Of a DNA stretch of 64,000 nt, positions 13,601 through 25,600 are shown one piece after another. The DNA comes from an uncultured bacterium (lineage in GTDB: Bacteria; CG03; SLGR01; JAGXOG01). The stretch covers positions 83,271-147,270 of the forward strand of contig CAYZAK010000001.1 in the NCBI GenBank assembly GCA_964476445.1, in the 5' to 3' direction. The position numbers and the translations under genes are program-made. The number at the start of each line of letters is the position of its first letter. Within the stretch, counting starts at the first letter, position 1. Below the pieces are notes generated by a model. The model saw only the letters and a list, made by a program, of their open reading frames with translations. It was not told where the DNA came from and searched no databases.

Positions 13601-16600
13601 TATTCCCTCACCATCAATGGATCTAAACTCCCTGATTCCTTGGTCCTCTTCCTGAAAATCATATTCAAAGGGGATAAAATCAAAGTCAGACGCATCAGAA
13701 TCAAACCTGACACTGCCGGTATAATCAGTAACTATATTTCCATATTCATCTATAGACTCCACTCTAGTCGAGTACCTTTCGCCGCTCGTCTGTATTGTTG
13801 AAGTTTCCACCCTGAAGCCGTCATGTTCTGCGGGAACAACCGTGATGGCAATCGTAGAACCTATCACATCAGGACCTTCCATGCTGTTTATATATATATC
13901 CTGGTCTCCAAGTGTTTTAAGGGTGAAAAGGTCCGGAAACTCCCGGCGCCCTCCATGTTCCTCTGTATACTCAAAAGTTTCCGGGTTAAATACGGCTTGT
14001 TCATCACTTGAAGCAAATTCAACTGTGCCAAGGTATGGAGGATTCTGGCAGCGGTTGCCAAATTCATCCCTAATCCACACCCGGAAAGTTTCCATTGTAG
14101 TACCTGCCGCGATCGGCGGCTCGGGTGAAATTCTGTCAACCGTAAAGTGGTCCGGTTCGGCATTAAAAACCCTTATCCCATCTATTGTTTCGGAAATACC
14201 CACGGGCTCCTGATCAACAATATTTGTAGCAGTTATCTCTCTTCCGGTGCCGGCTTCTGTAAACGCAACAACAGCCGTATATGTACTGATTCCGTTATTG
14301 GCAGCATAGAAATCAACAATGTCATGAGAGACATTTGTCATAAATCCGCCGGTACCGGAAAGCTTTATACCTTCATCATTATCATCAAGTGATTCAAAAT
14401 TGACATCTCTGTTACCGTATGGATCCAATGCCTCTATAACAATATCGTTATATTCCCCCGCGGTTGCGTCGGTTGAAACCGAAAGCCGGAAATATGAAGC
14501 CGGTGCGGGCAAAATTTCAATTCCTTCCTGCAAGCCCTCTCTTTCACGCTCCTCATCTCTTACTCGGATCCAGTGCTCTCCGGCTGTCTTTAAGATAACC
14601 GATGTTTCAAACTCTACGTGAGCGTTATCTTCACCGGTAAAGGAGTAAGGAGATGCCGGAAGCTCTGCCTGGGTATCGGAAGATGTAAACTCCACTTCAC
14701 CCGTGTACTCGTAAGTTCCGCTTGATAGTAAATTTAGAAATTCATCTACGGCTGATACGGTGATACTGGCAGCCTGACCTTCATAACCTGCAATCTGCGG
14801 CCCGGTATCAGTCACAACAAGGAAACTGTCAAGCATATCAGGTTCGACCACTAAGTTTTCATAGAAAGATTCAGAGCCCGGAACTGTCTGATCGCGCGCC
14901 GATACGTGCCACTTTTCAGTTTCATTCCCTTCTCCTATATTGGCCCGCCTGAAAATAAATCCTTCCGTAAATGTTACGACCCCGTAATCTGATTCCTGAA
15001 ACTCGTAATCCTCGGGAAGGCCGTCTCCTCTTGAAATTAAAGGGTCGTTTGAAGCAAACCTTACAACACCCAGATAGTCATGTTTTATGTTTCCGTATCC
15101 TCCTTCCATATCCCCGAAATCATCCCTGGCCTCTATGGTTAACGTTCGGCTCTCACCAGCGCGGGTGTTTGCCCAGTTTTCCTGGAAAGTAAACCTTGAC
15201 AGTGCAGACGGATACACATTCACGTACGCCCTTGTTGAGATAGGTTCCGCATATGTATCATCGTCATAAACCTCGAGATAAATATCACCGTCAGCTGTAG
15301 GATAAGGACCGGTATTTGCTGAAAAGAACCGCGTTGTCTCGGTTGAAACTTCTCCCGAAAAAGTCTTTATCCCGTCATCCTCTGCGGTAAAAGTATAACT
15401 TGAAGGAACAACCCCTGCGACCCCCGCAGGTCCACCCAGGTTAAAATATACGGTCCCCCTGTATCCCATAGCTGTGATTTCCTCAGTTATGTTGTATGCT
15501 TCCACCTGTATTGTAAGTTCCTCACCCGCCTGTACATCGGTGGTATCGGAATCCGAAAGGTCCATGCTTATTTTGAAAGTCTCGGCCGGAGCCACAAACC
15601 TGAAAGTATTTTGATTTTTTCCAGTTTCTTCTTCCGTTTCTATGTTAAGGGCCTTATCCACACCTCTTGAGATAACAGTATAATATTCTCCGCTCTCCCA
15701 TATAACCCCGGGTAAATCATATTCCCACTCCCAGTGAAGCGGGCCTTCGCTTACAACATCGGTTTCAATCCAGTCATTGCCGCCCGAAGACCAGCTATCT
15801 CCGTTCCAGGTATAACCGTCACTATCTCTTACGATCATTAGTTCGACGTAATTCATACCTCTGGTTGGTATGTTCTCATAATTATCCTCAGCGGTCCCTC
15901 TTATCACATCAAGCGTATCATAGTCATTACCATGAATCGGCACCGTTATTTCGGTTTCCGGAGGAATAAAATCCGCAGCAAAAGACACAGTTGAAAAATC
16001 CGTTTCCCAGTTGCCTGCCGCATCCAGGGCCCTGATATTGGCTTCATAATCATCCTCAAGAGTCTCCCACTGGGGACTGTCTGAAAGCACCCAGCTTGTA
16101 GCATCAGGGGAGAGCTGGGTCTCGGCCCATACCGGATCAGTTGTCCATACGGACGGTGATGATGTATTATCCCACCAATACTCTGAGCCGCCGTCAATCT
16201 TTTTCAACCTTACGTAAACCGCTTCGACTTTCCCGGTTTTAACCATTTCACCCGGGATATCTTCCATGGCCCCGGTCTCATCATGTGCCGTTCCTTCAAT
16301 GAAAGCATCTTCTGCTATCAGCCCGTCATTAAGCGGATATACAGCTTCTGATTCGGGAGGTGCCGGATCCCAGATAAACTCATTCCAATTCTCCTCATAA
16401 TTTTCAACGTTTAAATATCTTGGGGAAGCGGGCCCTCTCTCATCCCGGGCCCTTGAAACTGCACGGTAAATACGACCCGGTGTAAAATCTGCCTCATCCG
16501 GCAGGTCGCCCGGATCCACGTGCCACTCAGAAAGAGGCTCCTCAACACTTATCCACTGCGGGGTCTCCGTCTCTGCCCAGCCAACCGAATCCCAGTAGAA

Positions 16601-19600
16601 ACTCTGTCCGCCCTCCGTATACTTAAGAAGGGCTCTTACATCATATACACCTGCTCCGCCATCATAGGAGGCACCCTGCAGCTGGGGAGAGCTGCTCCAG
16701 AAGGAATCTTCATCCGGCACGGTCACACTTGATTCAGGCGGTATTGAATCATAAATAAAAGAGTAGGTATTTCCAGGGATGGATTCAGTATTTGTGGCTG
16801 TGTCAACAGCGTAGCTCCAAACCCTGTACTCCCAGTTGTCCACCCAGGACGGAATATCGGTAAACGTCCAAGAGGAGCTCCATACCTGTGCCCTGTTCCA
16901 GCTATCCTCATCCTCCTCCCAGTCCTCGATTTCCGCATTCCAGTACTGATCAAGCGCTCCACGCTGTATCCTTACATATACATCCCTGACCTGCTGGTTA
17001 TCAGTAACCGTACCGTATATCATGTCTGTAATATCGTGATCGGAATCATTGTAATTGTGAAGCCCGTCGGGTTTTAAGACTTCAGACTCAGGCGGCTCAT
17101 CATCAAAAATAAACCAGATGCTGCTCTGGGCCGGTCCTATGTTGCCAAGGTTATCTATTGCCCGGACAGTGATAGTTGAAGAATGGTCGTTTACCCAGCA
17201 GTCTGTAGTCAGGGAGATATTCCATTCTCCTAACTCATATTCAGTCTGAAGCCAGTTATCCTCAGCATCCCAGCTGTAGTCATCCTGAAGATAATTTGCG
17301 CCTCTCTTTACCTGTATCTCGACCTGTTCAACCTGTGAAAGCGCATCATTTGCCGTACCGGATATATCGTAACTTTCGGTAAAAAAATTAATTATCCTGC
17401 CTGTGGGAGGTGATGTTATAACCGAATCCGGACCTTCCCTGTCACAGATTATTTGAGGTCCTTCCACGGGCGGATCTTCCACGTTTCCCGCCCTGTCTGT
17501 GGCCCGGCTCAGCAGTTGATACTCAATACCGTGTTGAAACTCATTATTTAAATTTGATGCATCAAATGTCCAGGTCACAGTTGAGCCTCCCACAGCGGAG
17601 TCACAGACGCCCGAATGCCATCTGTTATCCGTGGTGGAAGAGAATTCTCCCGCATCCTCATCCCAGTAGTAAATGGTGCCGCCGTCCTCGTATCTAATCT
17701 GCACTTCAATTCCGTTCTGCGCGATTCCCGAATCTTTATCCATTGCCGTACCCGAGATAGTTAATATATCTTTAAAAGTACCCGGAGAAGGATAAAGGAT
17801 TTCCGAAACCGGGTCAACTCTGTCTACCATGATAAGGGTTCCTCCGGTATGAGTTTCATTTATATCCCGCGCTCTGGAACGGATCCTGTAGTAATAGCCG
17901 TGAATCCAGTCTATTTCCCCTTCAGGGCCTGACTCCGAAACATCAAGCGACCAGTTCCAGTCCCCTTCAATACCGGACAAATCGGCATCCAGCCAGTAGA
18001 CAGTTGACTGCCATTCATCATGAGTCCATCTCCAGTATTCGTCTTCCTGGTTCTCGTCATATACATCAAGTTCCTCGGGAACGGCAACTTTCTGGACTGA
18101 TACCTGAACCTGGGCTGGAATATTTCCTGCTCCGAGCCCCGTTATTTCTTCTATCTCCGAAAGATAATCTCCATGCACCGGTGAATCGGGCCAGGTTAAA
18201 GGAAATCCGGTTTCAATTTCGAATGCGGTTCCTCTTCCGGCCGACTCCGAATAAGATTGTGTGCGCGCCCTGGAATATATACGGTATACCGCTTCCTGCT
18301 CATCAAAATTTATGCCGGAGACGTCAACCTCAAAATAATGCCGGTCTCCGGCAGGATAATCCGCACCGGCCCAGTGATAATATGACACTGTTCCGGAGAC
18401 CTCTACCCATTCCTCTTCTGCCCAGTCCCAACGATAGTACACTTTTTCGCTTCCAGAAATTTCACCTCTTACAATACTCACATCAACGCCACTTAGGCTC
18501 TCTTCCGAAAGGTTCAACACCTCTCCCCTAACAAGTGATATATTCCCGTCAATTATTGTCCCGTCTCTTGGAAGAGTTATAAGGGAATAGGGTATGTTTT
18601 CATTGTATGTAAAGGTGATTTCCGGATGTGTTTCTTCAACATTTCCGGCGTCATCGGTAGCTCTTGATACTACCGTATATTCTTTTCCATGCGAGAGTTC
18701 AGGCAGTTCATAATGCCATCTTCTGAATGAATAGGCTGACATCCAGCTTCCCCAGGAGGCTTCAAGCCACTGCATTTGGGAATCCCACTGGTTTCCGCTT
18801 CCCGTGTAATACTCCTCATCCGTTTCATTGTATATATAAATTTCAACAACCCCGTGCCCGTCCATATCCTGCGGCGAATCAAAGGAATATCCTTCAACCA
18901 TAGAAATAACGCCATACTGACCGTCATCGGGCGTGGTAATAAACGAAGAAGGAGATTCTATATCATAGTAGAACATATTTGTTGATCCGTAACTTACATT
19001 ACCGGCCACATCTTCCGCCCGGGGAGTTACGGAATATACGTGTCCGTGCTCAAGGGGAGGAACCGGATACTCCCATATTCCAAGTGGCGGGCTCACTTCC
19101 GCCCATGTATCCTCCGAGGGGTCATTTACCCAGGACGTTCCCGTCCAGAAAGTCGTTCCCCGGGACAGGTCCTGTATTTTAAGTGATACGGAATCAACAC
19201 CCGTCCCGTGTTCGTCATCGGCGGTCTCCCCCTGAAAATGTGTCAGTACATCATTATACCAGCCCCCATCTTCCGGAATAGAAACAATGTTGACATCGGG
19301 CGCTGTAGCATCAAACATAAATCCCCGGGCCGGACCTGGTTCCTCAATGTTTCCTACGATATCACTACCCCTGGTCCTAATCCTGTGTTCTCCCGAAAGC
19401 CAGGGGATACCGCTGTAAGACCAAGTCCCGTCATAAATTTCAAAATTAGCGAAGTCTTCACTTGAGACCCACTGTTCGCTGTGATCTGTCCACGAACCTC
19501 CCGTCCACCATCTGCCGGTATCGGTGTTTTCAATGCAGATTTCAATCCGGTCAATTCCATGAGGATCAGACCAAGTTCCTTCAACAACCATATCCGGATC

Positions 19601-22600
19601 GCTAATAATATCATCTTCCTCCGGAAAAACGACAGAAGTAACAGGCGGGGTTTCATCCCATGTGAAAAACACACTCTCCGGCTTGGATGTCCCATCGTCA
19701 CTGCACTCAAGATTCATTGCGCGGTCCTGAGCTCTCACCTTAATCTCATAATAACCGTCATCAAATGTACCTTCAACAACATTATAATGCCATTCTTCCT
19801 GGTCAAAAGAAGTAACATCTATCCACTCAATTGAATTCTGCCATTCTGTGCCGTCATAGTAAAAATCATCTGACTGCCTCTGTATATATATCTGAACCAT
19901 GGTAACTTCCCCTATGCCCGGTTCATCATTCACGGAACCGGAAATCACCGTTAGCTCGTTATAAATACCCTCATCCTCGGGGTTAAGCACTTCTGTTACA
20001 GGAACCTGAAAGTCCATCCGGAAAGTTCTGCCGGTGCCCGGAGTGGATATGTTTCCGGCAATATCGGTTGCCCTCACCCTAACATTATAACTGTGACCGT
20101 CTATCCAGTTTGCCGTTGATATGCTGTAGGACCAGTTGGACGGGTCTATCGCATTAACATCAAAAAACTGATCCTGACTCACCCAGTCGCTTCCATCCCA
20201 GAAAAGTTCCGAGTCCTGATCACGAATACGAAGCTCTATCTTTTCTGTCCCTTCTTCAGCAGTTCCGAATATCTGATTAAGGCGGTTATCAATCTCACCA
20301 GATCCATCATTGTAGTGGGCAAGGTGAACGGGTCTTGTTATAGAAACTTCCGGCGCCTCGGTATCATAAATAAAAGTCACTCCCGAGCCCGGCTGTTCTC
20401 TTCCGGCGTTTGTTCCGTGACCGTAAGTCCTTATGTAATAACTTGTGCCGTGCTGCAGCTCTCCAAGCGGCATACTGTATTCCCAGACCTCTTCACCGGT
20501 TGTATAGGCCGCCTCTATCCATTCCTCGGAAGTGGAAACAAACCCGGAACCGGCACGAAACCACCTCTCATCCGAAAGTCTTTTAAGGGACAGATACACT
20601 TTCTCTGCATCCGTGGTTACGGTACCGGTAGAATGAGTAAGTGTGTCATTATGACGTGATTTCCACGGGGCGCCTATGGCGGTCGCGGGGCTATCGCCAA
20701 CTGTAAACCCGTCTTCTAATATATAAGTTCCGCCGTCAGGATTAACCACTGTTACATCACGCGGTCCCAAGTCCGCCCCGTATGTTATGCTCAAAGTTAC
20801 CTGCAGCTCTCCAGAGCCAATGCGGGTGGTAGTAGACAAAGTCAGCCCCTCGCCACTGATTGTTACTGTTGAGCCTTCCTGAAAAGCGCCACCGTATATC
20901 CTCATATCCTGCTCAAGCGCTCCCCGGCCTCGTTCCGGATGATTAAGATGTGATATATAGGGTTTATCACTTACCGTAAAACCGTTCGTAACTGTTGTAA
21001 CTCCTCCGTCCCGGTTAACCACCGTTATATCATAATCCTGCGCTCCGGCAGTGGAAAGAATGTTTATATAAGCCCTCAGCTGACTATCAGAGATATAACT
21101 TACAGATATTGTTTCTATGGTTGTTGTGCCGAAAGAAACCTCTCTGGATATATTTCCCGGCACATCGAAACCGCTTCCGTATATATTGATTTCCTCATCG
21201 TACATATCCTGGGAGAGCTGGGACGGCACTATTTCCGTCACATCCGGCGCCGGGTTAACCGTAAATATTCCCGTCTCGGTTTTTATCCCGCCGTCAGGAT
21301 TAACAATTGTTATATCCCCTGTCTGAGCGGTACAGCCGTGAGGCACATTGACAGTTAATGTTATTTCCGAAGGGCTCTGATACTCTACGTTAGTTACTTC
21401 TATACCGTCACCGCCGTGAGAAAAGGAAATATCTTCCGGAGTTATACCATCCTGAAAATTGGATCCCTGAACAATAATTTCCCTCTGCTGGGCGCCCTGC
21501 CCCAGGCTGGAAGGAGAAAGCTGCGTAACTGACGGGGCTCTATTGATGGTAAAAGTATCAAAAACAATGCTGTAACCGTAATCCGGATCCTCCAATCTTA
21601 TGGAACGTTCCGAGGGAGCTGTGGCGTCGGTTGAAATGCTTATGGTCACACTCATCTCGGTCGAACTTCCCGAAGCTCCCGCGGGATTTGGGGAAATCCC
21701 GTCTCCGCCAAACAGTGCCTCCATCCCTGTTTGAAAACCCGTACCGTGTATCTCAATTATCCTGTTTTGGGCTCCCTGGCCCGCTGCATCCGGAGAGGCG
21801 TAGTGAAACCTGGGCCGGGGTGTTATCTGAAAACCATCTTCATCGACATCGGCTCCCTGATCTGGGTTTTCCACTCTCACATTCCGGAATCCCGGGTCAG
21901 CTTCAGCATTTATACTAACCCGGACCTGGATGGAATCCTCGCTTATACGGTTAACCTCGTGTTTGGTAATTCCGCTTGAGGGCTCAAAAGTTACGTTCCC
22001 GTATCCGATTCCTTCCTGAAAATTAAGCCCGCTTATATTCAGAGTTATATTTGAAGCATTTTGCCCAAGTCTGTTGGGAGAAATGGCCTGAATAACGGGA
22101 GCAAGCGTTACCTCAAAAACAGGCTCGTCGCTCACGGCCCGGCCCCCGTCGGGATTTATGACCACAAGATACCTGGGACCAATCTCCGCTTCGGGGTCAA
22201 CATCAACATTACTGAATGTTATTACATCTCCGTCTCCGCTTATATCACCGATGGAAATCTGGTTATCTTCCGTATCTCCGAGTGAACTAAGCGAAAAATA
22301 TGCTTCAAGGCCGCTCTGGAACCCCTCGCCCGTCACTTCTATAATCTGGTCAAGTGCTCCGGCACCAAGGGCATCAGGGTCGCATTCATAGATTTCCGGT
22401 TTAAGCCCTACCGTAAAAGCACCTTCTATGGTATCCATTCCCATGTCCGGGTTTCTTACAGTAACATCCCTGGCCGTATCGGTTGAGGCGTTGTGGGCAA
22501 TATCTATCACAACAGTCATAGACGATCCGTCTACGGCAACAAAAGGAACATCCGTAACGTCTATGCGGGTACCTGAAAACCACACATCATCATGGGTAAG

Positions 22601-25600
22601 CGCATCACTGAAATAAGCTCCCTTAATATCCACCTCCACCCCTTGGCTGCCCTGGCCTCTTGTGGTGGGACTTATAGAATCAACCCTCGGGCCGAGATTA
22701 ACTGAAAAAACATCTTCGCCAACGCCTACTCCGAAATCAGGATTAACAATAGTAACATCTCTGGCAACCGGAGATGCGTTTCCGTCAATATCCACCGTTA
22801 CCCTGAGTTCCTGATCGCTTTCAACGATAACATTCTTTACAGAAATGCCGCTTCCAAAATCAATATCCTCTTCTCCTATGCTTTGAAGGAAATATTCCCC
22901 TGTTAATACAATCTCCACATCTTCGGATCCCTGCCCGTAATTATCAGGCGATGCCGATGTTATTGCAGGTTTCGGTGTGATGGTCAAAAATTCGGGGTCA
23001 CTCTGAGTGGAGGTTCCCTCGTCGGGATTTGTAACCGTAACAGATGCCGCACCAAGCGCGGCATCGGGTGACACATTTACTGTCACATCAATACGGGATG
23101 AACTTATAAAATCTACATCAGTTACAGCCACATCACCGTCATCTTCATTTATAATTATATCTGCTCCTTCCTGAAAATTTTCCCCTCCAAGTTCCAGCGT
23201 TACGCTCTGGGCTCCCTGCCCGAGTTCGTAAGATTCGGCCGGCCAGGAGGCTCCCGTATTACAGGTCTCAAGCAGAGGAGGTTTATTAATAGTAAGCAGG
23301 GGATCTTCGGTAACATATTCCCCTCCGTCGGGGTTTAGCAACCGCAGATACCTGTCCGGATTTCCCCCGGGACTCCAGTCGGCTTCAGGCGAAACCGTAA
23401 TCTCTATATCCAGAGTCCTGCTGTCTGTATAAGTAATGGTAGTTACTGTTATACCCGGGTCTTCCGGGGACCCGGCGCTGTAAGTTGAAAAATATACTTC
23501 ACAACCCTCCTGGTAAGAACCCCACTCGGGCGCACGTATTCTTATTTCCCTGTCTGTTGCTCCTCTTGCCACATTATCAGGGGATATCCATTCAATTTCA
23601 GGATTTCTCCTTATTTCAATACCGTCTTCAAGAATATCCCATCCGAAATCGGGGTTTTCTATTCTCACGTCATACGTATCCACATCCAGTTCTTCTCCTA
23701 CATCAAGAAGAACAGTAAAAGATGAAGATCCATAATCATAATTGTAGCTGTGAAAATTATACTGACCCGAAGGAGGCCCCACAAGAGTCAGCACAGCTCC
23801 TTCTTTAAAACCGGGAGCCTGCACCACCATTTCTCTGTCATCGGCGCCACGGCCTATAAAATCGGGATCAAATTCCTGAAGTACGGGATGGGGATTAATC
23901 ATAACTCCGTCTGTAATAACGTAGTTACCCTGGTCGGGATTTACGATTATCAGATCGCTGTATCCGGTGCTCATATATTCATCAACGGTTATATCGCATT
24001 GAATTTTTGCCGGGTCTACGGAAACATTGGACAGAGGAATCCATTCTTCGCCAAAATATATTCTTAATCCCGAAACAAAATTATCACCCGTAATCTCAAC
24101 CGCCTGGCCGGAGGTCTGGGCGCGCTGGCCGAATTCAAACGGGACCGGCGAAACAATACTTATATTATCCGGCCGGGCACCTATTACAAAATATCCCGGA
24201 TCGTCTCTTGAGGCTGTTCCTCCGCTTACGGGATTTCTAACTGTAACCTCCCTGTCACCCACCGGGCAATCGTGATAAACATTTACAAGTACGTCAATCC
24301 TGCTGGAAGACCTCCAGTTAACAGTTTCAACCTCTATATGCGGCACGTCAAAAAAGACATCACTGGCGCTTATCCCGGTCTCAAAACCCGAGCCCCTTAT
24401 CCTCAGTGTTATCTCCCGGGCATTCTGCCCCAGCTGATTACTGGGGTTTGAACCCTCTACTGTCAGTTCATCGGGAGTAAGATAGGGAGGCTCAACTATA
24501 CTCAGCACGCTCACGCCCGAGATAAATATCCCTCCATCGGGATTCTCCGCTACAATCCACCTGTCTCCGAGATCCGCTTCGGCATCCACATTGAAATTCA
24601 CAAATTCCATCACATTCTGACTGAAACTGGTAAGCTCGCCGACATCTATTTTATCGTCAACAGGATACCCTGTCGAACTTTTTGAAAACCATATATCGAT
24701 TCCCTCCTGAAAGTACGGGCCGTCTCCCACAACCACCAGAGTTGACCCCGTCACACCCTGCGCCCTAACTTCAGGCGTAATGTAGTTTATATCCGGAGAG
24801 TGGGTGACATTGAAAAAATTGTTCCTGGTTACATAACCTCCATCCGGATTGGTTACGGTTACGTCTCTTAAACCCGTGGAAGTATACTCATCAATATTTA
24901 AAAGAACTGTTAAAGTTTCAGGATTGTAATCTACAATTTCCACCGATATACCGGAACCGAAATCTATTTCGCACCCGTCCTGAAAATTACTGCCATGCAG
25001 TGTAACTTGATAATCTTCAGCTCCCTGACCGGCTTCCGCTGGATCAAGGGATTCTAATCCGGGGGCACCAACCACATCAATCGCATCTGGAAGGGGATCG
25101 CTCTCCCCCAGGTCCTGGTTTATAATTTTAAGATCTTTGGGGCCCAGTGGACAGCCGTCATGTATTCTTACGGTAGCGTAAAGTTTGGTTCCCTCCTCCT
25201 CCACAACGGCATCTACCAGTTCAATCTCGTCATCCTCAACTCCAAAATCTAGCTGAATACGGCTCTCCACAAAATTCTGTCCTTCAATCTCCAGTGTAGT
25301 TTCCGAATAAACTCCTAGCTGAAGCGGCGTGGGCCACTCTGGGTGCACAATCTGGTTAATCACCGGTCTCGGGTTTACCGTCATCGAACCGAACCAGACG
25401 TAATAACCCCCGTTATTAATATTTCTTACATGTATATCACGGGGGCCGGCAGGACAGTCGCCGGCTACATCAATAAGGGCTTCAATGCGGGTGGCGTAGG
25501 TTTCAACACCCTTTACTTCAATATCCGCCTCTTCGTCGAACCAGACCTCCACGTTTCCGGACTCAAATCCCGATCCCGTTATTCTCAGGGTTTCATCAGT

